A DNA stretch of 64,000 nt from the human T2T-CHM13v2.0 reference genome, Homo sapiens. The notes beneath the pieces are model-generated. The model did no database searches, was not told where the DNA came from, and saw nothing but the letters and a program-made list of their open reading frames with translations. The first letter of the stretch is position 1. The number at the start of each line of letters is the position of its first letter. The stretch is taken from assembly GCF_009914755.1 (NCBI RefSeq), contig NC_060925.1, one strand, 5' to 3'. Below are positions 13,101-25,400 of the stretch, in pieces. Made by a program: the position numbers and the translations under genes.

Positions 13101-13613
13101 AACAGCAGGAGGCAGAGGAGTTTTCCATAATCGTACACCTTCTACTGATGTGCTCTCCATTAGCCAGCCTTGACTTCACCAACATCACTGCTTCTCCTCC
13201 TCAGGGCTGGGTGGAATGGGGTTATGGTGGAGAGCTGCAGAAAAGCTTTAGCCACCCCCAGCTGTTAGAGGGTGCAGCACAACTCGCTTTAATTGCTCAT
13301 GTATTCTACTGGCCCAAGCAGTCTGCAAGGCTGAGAGTGAGTTGAAGAACACTGACTAGGCAAATGAAGACAAGAAGAATTTGAAATGGCGAGGCAATTG
13401 AGGTCCTGAAGAAATGAAGCACATGAAGATGGGGGAGCAGCTCAGAACATCAGGAGGCAGTAATGGGATACTGGGTGCTTGGAGGGGAACGAGAGGTAGT
13501 GGCAGTGGATTTCATCTGATCAGCAATTTTATTTGACTTAGTGTGACAAATGGACCAAACAAAGAAACTATTCTGTTGTTGATGATCCCTATAATCATTC
13601 CCTAGGAATAGTG

Positions 13614-13955
13614 TGATATAGTTTGGCTGTGTCCCCACTGAAATCTCATCTTGAACTGTAGCTCCCACAATTCCCACATGGGAGGTAATTGAATAATGGG
13701 GTCAGTTTTCCCCATACTATTCTCTTAGTAGTAAATATGTCTCTTGAGATCTGATGGTTTTATAAGGGGAAACCCCTTTCACTTGGTTCTCATTCTCTCT
13801 TTGCCTGCCACCATGTAAGATGTGCCTTTCATCTTCCACCATGATTTTGAGACCTCCCCAGCCACGTGAAACTGAGTCCATTAAACCTCTTTCCTTTATA
13901 AATTACCCAGTCTTGGGTATGTCTTTATCAGCAACATTGAAAATGGACTAATACA
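13614..13955 (+). mobile_element. THE1 (THE1B/C-like) solo LTR, ERVL-MaLR
   Basis: tgatatagtttggctgtgtcccca...attaaacctctttcctttataaattacccagtc...ggactaataca with TG...CA ends. Confidence 0.93.
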
Positions 13956-14628
13956 TAGGAAAATTGATTTTTAAACTAAAAACTGTTCTTTCAAGACGAG
14001 AATATTTATCCTATACTTCCTGCTGTCTGTATCTAAAGGTTTGCTTACACATGTCATGTTTTGCCCCAAATGTCCTTACTTCTCTAACCCAGACCAACTT
14101 GAACTTTTTCTGTATATTTCCTTGTTCAACTGAGGAAACATACCTCTTGTTGGCTTCTTTCTTACATGAAAACTGAGCTCCAGTTTCTGACATCTGGGTT
14201 GGCGATACTTCCGGTTTCTCACTCATGCACATCTCTCTGATCCAGTTTTCTTGGCACTTTTTCTTTCTGACTAGGAAAAATTTCCTAAGCTGTTCTTGCA
14301 GTTACCATGCCTTCCTAGGTGATGTACCCTTCGTGAATGATTTTCTTTCTACATGATAGTAAGCCTTCAGTCTAGACCTGGTTGTTCTACATTCTGATCT
14401 AAGATTCAATAGAATTCCCTTCTCTTTGTGCCCACCATTATCCTACACACCAGAAGAATTGTCAATTTCTTTTCATTAATACTGGCCAGTTGTGGATTTT
14501 TTCTTTTGTCTGATAGAGTCATCATTCAGATCATAACTGATATCTCACACATTTTCTTTGATACTTGATATAGAAATAAATTATCATATACACACGCTCA
14601 CAAATGGAACCACCCTTACCTTGGGGCA

Positions 14629-14722
14629 CAATATCTATATAAATAAGCCACATTAATAAACCTCAATCAAAATTATATACAGTATCTATATCAATAAGCC
14701 AGAAACCTCAACCAAAATTATA
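14629..14722 (+). repeat. Imperfect tandem duplication (~50 bp x2)
   Basis: ca[a/g]tatctatat[a/c]aataagcca...aaacctcaa[t/c]caaaattata occurs at 14629-14677 and 14680-14722. Confidence 0.8.
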
Positions 14723-17260
14723 AAATTACACTTGTACTACTAGTGCTAATGTCATCATTTGCCAACACAAAAAGTACTTTTGTTGCAATTATTTTCTTCT
14801 TTCCACCATTCTAAGTTTGAATACCTGGGATTGACTAAAATTGCAAAACTAGTTCTATGTTTAATGTTTTTATTCATGAATAAGTGTCTTGTTTTCTATC
14901 CTTATTAACTTTTTTTCTTGCTAATAATGAATTTATTTTATTTCTTATACCACAGGGGTTTTCATAAGTAACTTTCAATCCTTTTTGGAGCAAAGCAGAA
15001 GTTATTTGGTAAATTTATTAATGTAAATATTCTTTTATTCTCTTTTTTTTCTGTTCCTTCTCCATTTTTGTAGTTCAACACTTTTCAAATTAGTCTTAAT
15101 TATTTGATCTGACCATTGCCATAACCTGTAATTGGATAAAAATGTCTAAGTACTGGTCTCGGTTTGACACTTAGAAGCAGTAACCTCAGAATGTTCCTTA
15201 ACTCTACTTAATGAAAAGAGAACTGTCCTTATAATGAGGACAAAGGGATAAATAAATAAAATCATAAATATGAAAAGTCTTAACATGATACCTGAATCAT
15301 ACTGTATCCTTAATAAATGCTCTTTGATTCGTGAATTATAAAATATGATTTTTTCCATCCTGACCTAATATTTGTCATACGTTTAGCAATGACAATCATG
15401 CCTTACAGTGTAAGATTCTTGGGAACCTTCTTTCTGGCTTAAACATTTCACCAGGGTCCCAACTGTGAAGTCATTAATCAAATAGGTATGCAAAAAATTT
15501 TAGATGTGGACAAATCCTTTCCTTCTTGAGTAAATGAAGCATTCTAAATAGCCGTGTCTATTTTGTCTTTTTATTATGCATTTCAAAGAAGGCATGAGTG
15601 GGTTTTCTCTGGAATGCCCGGTGAGCCTTCATTGCTGAAATTGGGGTGATACCCATTTTTCTCCAACCAACTCTGACAATGCTTAATGGGAGTGAGAGGA
15701 AGTGATTGGTCTTAAGAGGAAATGCAATGAACAATTTTCTTTCTCTCGGTCAGCTATGACAGCATATAGAAAGAACTTGAGTTTCAAAGGCTGTGACTGC
15801 TGCAGGAAACTCTAGAACCTGTGGCGTTCAAGTAGGATAACTGTCTCCCTCCAAAGCATTTTGGTAATCTCCTCCTCGCCCCCACCCCCTCTGATTTATG
15901 ACTGTATCTTTTGACCTTCTTTCTTTCTTCATAAAAAGCACTAAGTTGCCATTTATATAGCAGAGGACAGCAGATAAATGTTAAAATTTACTGTAGATCC
16001 TCACTGGGGAATGGGCTTACAGATCTCTCAGGCACCAAGTGTCACAAAAGCATGTGAGTTTTGATATCCTTCAGTCATGTGAGGAGTAATCATAAAAGGA
16101 CAAAGTCCTAAAAAAAATTAAACTTTCCATAGACAGAGCATAGCTGCATTTTAAGTAACCACTTTAAAGAAATGACTGCTGTTTTGGCAAAAGCTAGTAA
16201 GCCACAGAAAATTAATTTCATGTTTCATTGACATTACTTTCAGGAATTTCATGTTGACATAACCTATAGAATAAGGGTGAGATACTGCAGACAATATATT
16301 TAATGCTGCTCTACAAGCAAAAAATATTTTAAATCCAAACAGAGACTCAGCTTTATGAAATAATCATCTTCTGTGTGACAATGAATGAAACTGTAATTTT
16401 CACATTAATTGTCTAGATGCTAATTGCTTCTAGAGCAAAAGTTTAAATCAAATTGTGAGCTCTTTTTAAGGCCTCTGTGTTGAACCTAAGTTACATTTCA
16501 AACTAATTCTTATTTTGTCTTCCATGTAGATAGCAATGCTTTTATATGATTGATATATTAAAAATATCAACTAATGTCTGATTCAATTGTATGCTAAGCT
16601 AAAAAGAAGGCACCTATAAACACGTACTTCTAAATACATTCAACAAAATAATTGCTTTTATCCAAATCAAAATGTTTTCACTTACTCCACAGTTGAGAGA
16701 GAGGGAGATTATTGGCTTTGACCAGCAATATGCATGTTTGTCTCATAAAAGCTGTATGTCCTCATTCTTTGCGTTCGCATCTGTCACCATGAATCTGTGA
16801 TCCACCTGCTGAGAAGACTATTGATTGACTGTTGTTTGACCAAGGCTCTCTTTGGGTCTGAGGTAACAAGCCTTGTTTATATAATGCACAGTTTCTGTTT
16901 CTACCTCTTGGCTTTGAAATCTGCTCAAAGTCACATATTAGCAACTGGCAGAAATCTGGCTAGTATTCCTGCTGTTGTAAAGGCTTCTCAGCTAGTTTCT
17001 ATCATGTAAAGGTATGATTCAACACATCTATTAAATGTTCTTCTCATCCTTCTGGCTTGTCATTTGTGCTCTTGCCAGTATACCGTAAAGCTGGGAATTC
17101 ACTGAGTCTGGCAGATTTGAAAAACACTTGGTAATATAGATATCTCAGGCATTGGCTAGGTGGTTAGATCTCTTTGATTTTATGACTCCCAGATTTCATC
17201 ATGACAACCATTGCTTGAAGTCACAGAAAAACTTTCCTGTTGTGATTTAGTATTGCCACG

Positions 17261-17714
17261 TGTATTAGACAATTATTACCACAATAATGTCGCATAATAA
17301 GCCATTCCAAACTCAGTAGCTTAAAACAACAATTACTCTCATTCACACATCTGCAGATTAGGTGGAGGTTGGCTGATCCAGGTTGGTCTTCACTAAGCAA
17401 TGCTCCGTTTTTGTGTTAAAACTGGGTCCACTTTATATATTTCTCATCTTCTTTGGACTGGTGGACCAGCCAGGACTTAACTCATGGTAATAGCAGAAGC
17501 ATAAGAGAGGAAATGAAAACAAACAATGCTAATGCCTATTTGCCAAACTGGCAACTGTCATTTATGCACACATGCCGTTGCCAAAGCAAGAGTCTAAAGT
17601 CAAGGACAGATAAAGTACACTCCACTTCTAGTGGGAAGAACCACAAAGTCTTAAGGCCAAGGGCCGGACACAATGAGAGATTAGGTATTGGAGCCAACAA
17701 TCCAATCTATCACA
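17261..17714 (-). mobile_element. Old MLT1 (H-K type) MaLR LTR
   Basis: tgtattagac...aaactcagtagcttaaaacaac...ccaacaatccaatctatcaca. Confidence 0.7.
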
Positions 17715-18044
17715 CTGTCAAATGTCAAGTAGGGTGAAAAGCAGTCTGTAGCCGTAACTCAAGGAGCTGCTAGTGGTGCGTTGGAGAGGTACAATTTTGT
17801 GGGTAATGAAGAAGGCCACACAACATCTTTCCCTTGACTTTTACCTGCACCTTGCTATCATGTGAGAGTCTCACCGCTTCTGGGGCATTACTAAGGGATT
17901 TCACAGTGGAATTCTGAATCTTTGTTAATTAATGCTAGGTTGCATAGAATGCTAATAGTTACTATTTGTGGTAACACTAGCCCGAGGTTCACTAAGATGG
18001 AAAAGGAAGAATTTTACAGAGATTTGTAAATTTGTGTAAGGAAA

Positions 18045-18529
18045 AGACTGAAGCAGAAGTGATGTTGTGTCATTTCACACTTAGACTTTAAGAAAACTGG
18101 CAGCTTCTGCTCCCTCTTTCTTGAAACCCACCTACCATTCAAGCAGTCAGGTTACCCTGCTGGAGACACCACATGAAAAGACAAGGTGGAGCTGGGGATG
18201 TGGGATAAGGGAGAGGATACCTGGAGGATAATTGAAGAGCCCAGCCAACAGCAGGATCCTGGACCCCAGACACGTAACACTAGTTGAGTTGTTTTAGTCA
18301 ACCCCTGTTTGTTCAAACCATCCCAGGTGAGTTGCCAGATATATGAGTGAAGAGACCATCTTGCCTTCTTCAGCCCCAGAAGATATCATATGAAGCAGAG
18401 ATGAGTAATCCCTGCTGTGTTGCTTCTGACTTCCTGATCTACAGAATTCTGAAAAATAATGAAATTGTTACTGTTTTAAGCCACTAAGTTTTGGGGTAGT
18501 TTTATATGCAGCAATAGATCATTGAAACA
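18045..18529 (+). mobile_element. MLT1 (G/H-like) MaLR LTR
   Basis: ctggcagcttctgc...gttttaagccactaagttttggggtagttttatatgcagcaatagatcattgaaaca, a typical MLT1 3' end. Confidence 0.8.
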
Positions 18530-18844
18530 ACTTCTCATTGGAATTTCTCTAAAAGAATTCTTATTTGGCCTTTATCATTTTGCCATTTTGAGTCATTGTT
18601 TCTATGGAATATGGTACTTTTATTGCACAGAATATTGGTAAAAATGATGAAGAGAAGACTTATTTCTTATTACTGCATGAGTTTGGAGAAGAGTTAGTTT
18701 ATTCTTTTGCAACTAAATGTTTTTTTTTTTAAAGCATAAAACCTATAGATAGATTATCTAAAGAAAGGGGTTCAATAAATTAATGTATTAGCTGATTTTC
18801 TGCCCCCCCCCCCAAATTAAACCAGATGGAAGGATTACCACCTA

Positions 18845-19293
18845 TCAGAGGCTCTGGGGGAGAATCCATTTCTTGTTTATTCAAGCTGTTGGCAGAATTC
18901 AGTACCTTGTGAGTATAGAAACTAGGTCCCAGTTTTCTAGCTGGCTGTAAACTAAGAGCTGTTCCCCACTTTTAAAGGCCATTTGAATTCCTTGGCTATG
19001 ACTCTCTTCTTTCATCTTCAAAGCTAGCAATGACTGGTCATGTCCCTCTTACACTTCAAGTTGATCCTTTCTCTACTTCTGTCTCATTTTCTCACCCTGC
19101 CAAGGGTACGTGTGATTAGACTGGGACCCTTCGTATAATCCAAAATAATCTCCCTATTTCAAGGATGACTAACTAGCAATCTTTATTCCATCTGAAACTT
19201 TAATTTCACTTTGCCATATAACACAACAAAGTCCCATATTCCAGGAACTAGGACACTGATGTCTTTGGAAGATCCATTACTCTGGCTACCATA
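18845..19293 (-). mobile_element. MLT1 (C/D-like) MaLR LTR fragment
   Basis: gaggctctgggggagaatcc...ttggcagaattcagtaccttg...gtgattagactggg...ataatctccctatttcaagg. Confidence 0.8.
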
Positions 19294-19294
19294 G

Positions 19295-19408
19295 CAATAT
19301 TCCCACATTGCTCCATTCCAAGAAGCTCCTTTAACATCACAGTCTATGTAAATAGTACTCTCAGGAGTTGCACAGTAGGCAGCTTGTACAGTCATACATG
19401 GCAGCACT
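19295..19408. mobile_element. MER91A-like hAT-Tip100 fragment
   Basis: catcacagtctatgtaaatagtactctcaggagttgcacagt...catacatggcagcact. Confidence 0.5.
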
Positions 19409-20503
19409 TAGAAGCATATTAGAACAGAGGTAAGGGTGGTTGCATGTCTAGGGCTCCATTTCTGTGTCACCAATGCTCCCGATCTCAAACTGGAAGGTCA
19501 CTACCTTCCTCTCATTCTGGAGTAGGCCTTCTTTTTCCAACCCCTTTCTCTATTAACCCAAGAGAAAGATTTTCTCTTAGACATAAAGAGATAATTGAAG
19601 TTCTTAAAAGAAATGTTTATAAGAGAAATAAGAATTTTTAAAATTACAGAAAGAACAAGTTTTAGGACAGATTATTCAGCAAGGCAAAACTCCTAGGTAT
19701 CACTGATCCTTCAGCTCGTTCTCAGGTCTAGCTTTTCTTCTTATAGTATCCTGAATGGATTCTAGCTCTACTTACTAAGCTATGTCTCACTGTCCAGCTG
19801 AATCAGCCTTTCTCATATGTCACCAGCTAGCACCTTGTCCAGGAGACAGCTGCCAACTTGCCCTCTTTCTGTTTATGGTAATATTATTAATTCTTTTGCA
19901 ATCTAATTTTGAAACCATGAGATTGACTTGAGAAAGATTGACATAGGGCAATGTCTCTCAACTTTATGATGGAAAACATTTTTCAAACATTTCTAATGTA
20001 AAATGTCTATTATTTAAAGACTTCAAATGAAGCCTTCCTTGTTTATTCAGTTTCCCCTTCACCTTCCCTTGTAGCTCCTGAAACTCTATCATAGAATCCC
20101 AAGGCTTCTTTGATCATGGTTTTGAAAACATTACTATAATAGAAAGAACCTTGAAAAAGGAGAGAGAATACATTTCTTAATTATATCAACCTTGTGACTT
20201 TGAGCAACCCTCTTAACTCTGAGTTTCTTTTCTGATATAACTGAGAATAATATCTGATCAATTTGTTGGACTGCTTTGATCATCAGTCTCATCTCCCACT
20301 GCAATTCTGATCCCCATTTATACTTTAATCTTCTAATGTTGTAGGATTATTTGCCCTCCCCTAATACTCTGCCAATTTTTATGACCCTGGGCCATTGACC
20401 ACTTTTTCTTCTATATCTAGAATACATTTTCCTTTTTTCTTTCAGTGAAATCCCTACTTTTCCAGCATAAATGACAGCTTTCTGACCCAATCATAATGAA
20501 GAG

Positions 20504-20505
<2 letters not shown>

Positions 20506-20537
<32 letters not shown>
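20506..20537 (+). repeat. (GT)16 microsatellite
   Basis: Uninterrupted GT run. Confidence 0.95.
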
Positions 20538-20539
<2 letters not shown>

Positions 20540-21639
20540 AATCTGCATTTGCATGGCATTTTGTATAACAACTTTTTACACCATGGCTGAGTTTTGATAA
20601 AGAAATAATTGTAAAATTTGTATCTATTTTATCCGGCATCTAATATAATCCTTAGTATGAAATAGATTCCCAGTAATTGTTTTTAGAATGAATAAATCAA
20701 AAACTTAAAGTTTTGTATTGTGTACTTATTATTATTATGCTAGCCATTTCTGTGTGAAGACTATTTTTTATTCCTCTGCATACCTTACCTTAGACTTTTA
20801 AACTCTTGTTGTATTAACCTACCAATACTCCACTCACAAAAGCATTCTTGGTAACATGGAAGGCACAGAAAACCTAATAAATGAAAAGGAGAATTTGTAT
20901 ATTTCATAGCATGGTTTTCCAAATTTTTACCATGCTTGTTTGTGCTCCCAAATTTCTTCTTTCCCATACTTGCACTCATGGTTCTGCTCTACCACATCTA
21001 CCTTCTTTCCAAACCCACTTCTCAAAACATTTCCTCCATATACAGAAAACTCTCATAAATCAAGTCAAATTTTCTTCATCCAACTACATTTTTACATTAA
21101 TAGAGAACTGAGCAGAAGAATTTTTTATTAGTTTAGGTCTCATATTTTGTTTTCTCAGCTCTATTTTCAATTACCACCTGTATTTGTGTATCTTGAATCA
21201 ATTCCATCGATACTATCCCCTCCTGTTCACACTCATTTCATTGGTTCAAGTTACCACTTCTGTATATTTTTCAGGGTAAGAACTGCTGAATTACTTATTA
21301 AGTTAACTACAAAAGTGAAAGAATCAGGACCTACTTCAAAAAGGCATCATATTCCAGATTTTAGAACACAGCATTTTCTCATTTATATGTAATTTTTCTG
21401 GGGTATATCTTCACATACACATAAGCTTAACTTTCATTTTAACTTAGCTGAAAAAAAAACATTAGAATTTATAAGAAACATAAAGTGCGATATGTAATTA
21501 GAAACAGTAATTTGGTAAGAGAAAAAATGGGGTTTATATTGTATTCTTATTTAGGTAGTTGTGTTGCAGAATAAAATTTTTTAAAAAACTGCACTAAAAA
21601 CTCTTCCCTCTAGAATGAGAACTCTCCTTGCTCCTTCAT

Positions 21640-22010
21640 GGTAAAATAATTCATTAATCTATTCATTTACATATTATTTATTCACTTGTATCTTCATCAC
21701 TAAATATCCACTGAACACTTTAATGCGCCCAGAATTGTGCTACAACTGGATACACAGTTGCCAATAAACAGGTTTGTTGATATCACAAAGCTTATGAGAG
21801 AGACAGATACAAACCCAATTAGCACAACGAAGTAAGTTGTGGACAGACCCTAATAAGAAAAATATTTGAGCAGGGGCATAGAAGAGTGAAGTCAAGAAAA
21901 GGTGATGTCAAGAAAGGCTTCACAGAGCAAGTGATGCCTGATTATCACATTAAATAATACCTGGGTGTTCTCTAGGTGACCAAACAGAAAGACATTCTCA
22001 GCAGAGGGAG
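21640..22010 (-). mobile_element. L2 3' fragment
   Basis: (attc)-like start, then cactgaacact...ccagaattgtgcta...ggatacacag...aagaaaggcttcacagagcaagtgatg...cattctcagcagaggga. Confidence 0.7.
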
Positions 22011-22041
22011 AATGTCTTTCTGTTTGGTCACCTAGAGAACA
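21966..22041. repeat. Perfect 34-bp inverted repeat with 8-nt loop (candidate miRNA-like hairpin)
   Basis: tgttctctaggtgaccaaacagaaagacattctc (21966-21999), loop agcagagg, then gagaatgtctttctgtttggtcacctagagaaca (22008-22041), the exact reverse complement. Confidence 0.97.
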
Positions 22042-22244
22042 TTTTGACAACATTGCTCACAAACAGTGTTGACAAAAAACTCTTGGCACAGGTGTTACAT
22101 CAACAAAGTGTATCTTTGATGTCCCATGATATCCCCTTTTATCAAGGATATAGTTTCTCTCAACCAAGAGTTCTATTAGCTACACCAGCTAATTTTGGAG
22201 GCACAGGGATGATGGCTTCAAAATTGAGTTGTTGCAAAAAGCCT

Positions 22245-22470
22245 GAATTTTATTAGTGAGCATACCAAGGTTTAATTAATTCTACTGTTACTACTTACTT
22301 GTCATGATATATTGGGGAAATAATTTAATCTCCCAGAGATTCACATTCTTCATTCACCAAGATAATGACACCTATTTTATTGTGTTATGTGAGGATTAAA
22401 ATAGATAATGAGTAAAAAATACTTAAGACAGTACCTGGGATATGTTATGCACTCAAAAATGGTGACTTTT
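22245..22470 (+). mobile_element. MIR
   Basis: ctactgttactacttacttgtcatgat...aataatttaatctc...tgttatgtgaggattaaaatagataatg...acagtacctgg. Confidence 0.75.
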
Positions 22471-22842
22471 TTTACTAGCAGTGATACCAATACCAACACT
22501 GTTGCCATTGGGAACACTGCAACTATTGATAATAACAATTGTTACTATTTTCTGAGTTCCTTGGGCCAGCAAAAGTACAAAGTCCTTTACATGCCTTAGC
22601 CAATTTACTTGCCATTTCTACTATTATTATTCCTACAACTAGTATTGCCATAAAATCATTGTTGGAGGTAATGATATCAAAGTGTCCATAAATGTTATTT
22701 TCTCATGGCAATGTGCAACCTACCTATAACCAATCAGCTTGGGAAATGGAAAGCAATGTTTCTTTTTTCTTAATTGTGCTTTCACTACTGAATTCAGTAG
22801 AGTAAAAGAAATCTGCCTCAATATTATTTTGAGATATAGGAC

Positions 22843-23284
22843 TGTATTATTTTCCTAGGTCTGCTTTCAAAATTACCATAAATTTAATGACTTATGACAT
22901 CACAAGAAATGAGTTCTACTGGGCTGGAATCAGGTTGTCAGCAGGGCTGTTTTTTCTGAAGGCTCCAGGGGAGCCTGTTTCTTACCTCTCCCAGTTTTTA
23001 GAGGGTGCTAGCATTCCTTGGCCTGTGACTGCATTACATCATTCTCTGCTTTTATCTTCTCATTGTCTTCTCCTCCTTAACTTCTGAATATCCTGCCTCT
23101 CTTTTCTAAGAAATCTCGTGATTACATTGGATCCACTCTGATCAACCAGGATTATCTCTCTTGTTTAAGATCTTTAACTTAATCACATATACAAAATCCC
23201 TTTTACATACAAGATAACTTACTCAGAGGTTCTGGGGATTATGACACAGACATCTTTTGGAGGGCTATTATTCCATCTAGCACA
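22843..23284 (-). mobile_element. MLT1 (A-C-like) MaLR LTR
   Basis: tgtattattttcctagg...atcaggttgtcagcagggctg...gtgattacattgg...ggttctggggattatgac...ctagcaca. Confidence 0.85.
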
Positions 23285-23635
23285 AAGATTGTCAAATTGA
23301 TGTTAAATTATTCAGGGAATAAGAACATCTGAAGAAGGTTTATAGTAATATTGTGATATAGAAAATATCTACACAGTGTAGAACATAAAACACATAGTGT
23401 AACCCATAAAACAAATATTCTCTTTGAATACATTCTGTTTCTTGTATTTCATTTGATTAAAGCAGGAGCACATGGGAGATTTGCAAGTAAGTAGACTCCA
23501 CCTTGACTGGTCACTAGCTATGGGCTGGTGTACTTCATCTAGGAAATATTTTCCAACTACTCACATCAAAGAGGCTGTTCCATTTCTGTTCTGTATGTGA
23601 AGACTGTGGCTGATCAAAATTACTAAAAGTGGGGT

Positions 23636-23850
23636 GAAGGAATCAGTAAACCATAGCACACAAAAGCTGGCTCTTCACCTGTGTTTGTAAATGAAGTTTC
23701 ATCGGAACACAGCCATGCCTATTTGTTTCTGTGTTGTCTATGACTGCCTTTGCATAACAAGGACCAAACTGTGTATTGCAACAGACAGCTTATGGCCTGC
23801 AGAATCTAAAATACTTATTAACTCACTACAGAAAAAAATCACCAACCCCA
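23636..23850. mobile_element. MER58A hAT-Charlie MITE
   Basis: tgtttgtaaatgaagtttcatcggaacacagccatgcc...tatggcctgcagaatctaaaatactta...acagaaaaaaatcaccaacccc. Confidence 0.85.
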
Positions 23851-23959
23851 AGGTTAGAGAACAAATTTCAGAATTAAAAAGACACACATGTGAGTTCCAG
23901 CTCTGCCACATGCTAGCTGTTTCATCTTGGGCATGTTACTTGCTGTGGGCATTTGTAGT

Positions 23960-24466
23960 TATTTGGCCTCTAAGAATCTGTTTGTGTTTATTATTATTTT
24001 GGTAATAGTTCACCTAAATTTTGATGAGGGACCACTCCTTCCTCATTCTCATTTTACGTGGTTTGGATGGAACTTACCCTACCCCAAGTTTCAAGGGCAA
24101 GCATGCAACCTAGACCGAAGCCAAAGGGCTAATTTAGGAATTTTGTCAGGGAGAAACATTTAATCCAATATGGACTAATGTCAACCAGGGATAGATGCAT
24201 TCCATTTAGGCAAGAAAATATCTAGAGCTACTGCTTACTGTATAACTCCTTATAAAACTTGGGAATGAGGCCAAGAATAGATAAAATAAAAAATAGGAAA
24301 AAACCTGAATTCCGATAATGTTATTTGTGACCCTGCATGAAACCACACATGAAGCCAGCTATATGCATGGGGTTTTCAGTTACATGTATCAAAACATTCT
24401 GTTTTTGCTTAAGTCAGTTTGGGTTTGGTTATCTGTTACTTGCAGCTAATAGAGACCTAACTGATA
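23960..24466 (+). mobile_element. MLT1J-like MaLR LTR
   Basis: Ends ttttcagttacatg...tttttgcttaagtcagtttgggtttggttatctgttacttgcagc...cctaactgatata. Confidence 0.7.
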
Positions 24467-25199
24467 TAATATCTAAACTTGCTGAGCCTCAGTTTCTTCA
24501 TCTTTAAAAACTAGAGTGAAAATATCCACCTCAATATCTTTTGTGATAACTAATTGAGATCATGTACCTGGCACATGGTACAAAAAAAAAACAAAAACAG
24601 AAGTGGTAATTCCCATTTTCATCATCAACATCATGATTAATGTTAAAGGTAGACCTAACATTGCTTCATCTCAGTAAATTCTACAAAATGCACATCTGAG
24701 CTCTCCCCTTGACTTAATATAGAAAGTTTAGTAACTCCATGCCTTAGATATTTTTATTTGTAAAGTAGAGATGACTAAATATTCATCTTTTTTTCAATGT
24801 TTTATGAATTAAGTGCCATCATGGACATAATTATTTTAATAATATAATATATTACATTAATTTTTGCAATAAATATTTGCAATAATCTTTGCAACAAATC
24901 TGTAAGTTGATTAGACCAAATTAGATCAGATCAAATGCCTAGATATGTGTAAATATATATGTGTATTTACTCAGCGGTCAGTAAGGCTGCCTCACCCTAT
25001 ATTAGGGTCAGAGATAATCTAGAAGAAGGAACTCATACCACGTCTGGCCCTGGCACTAACAAGACCCTTAGTGAGACCCACATTGAGCTCTGTACACTGG
25101 GTCATCCACGCTACCATGAAACAGGATATGGTCTCACCCTGCGTAAGTCATAGAGAGACATAGATGTCATTGTTTGTCCCAAAAAACAAAAGTCTAGAT

Positions 25200-25400
25200 C
25201 TAGGAGGACTGAGTCCCAGATCCTCTTCCTCCATGACATCCCTATGCAATATGGTGAAAATTACTTGATTTCTCTGAGCCTCAAGTACTTCAAGTGTGCA
25301 ATGCAGATGAGTGTAACTACCTTGTCTATCCCACGGTATTATAATAAGGAGCAACGGTGATAATAGCTATGAGAAAGTTTTAGGAAAAAGTAAAATATGT
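25200..25400 (+). mobile_element. MIR
   Basis: gactgagtcccagatcc...ttacttgatttctctgagcctca...cacggtattataataagga. Confidence 0.6.
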
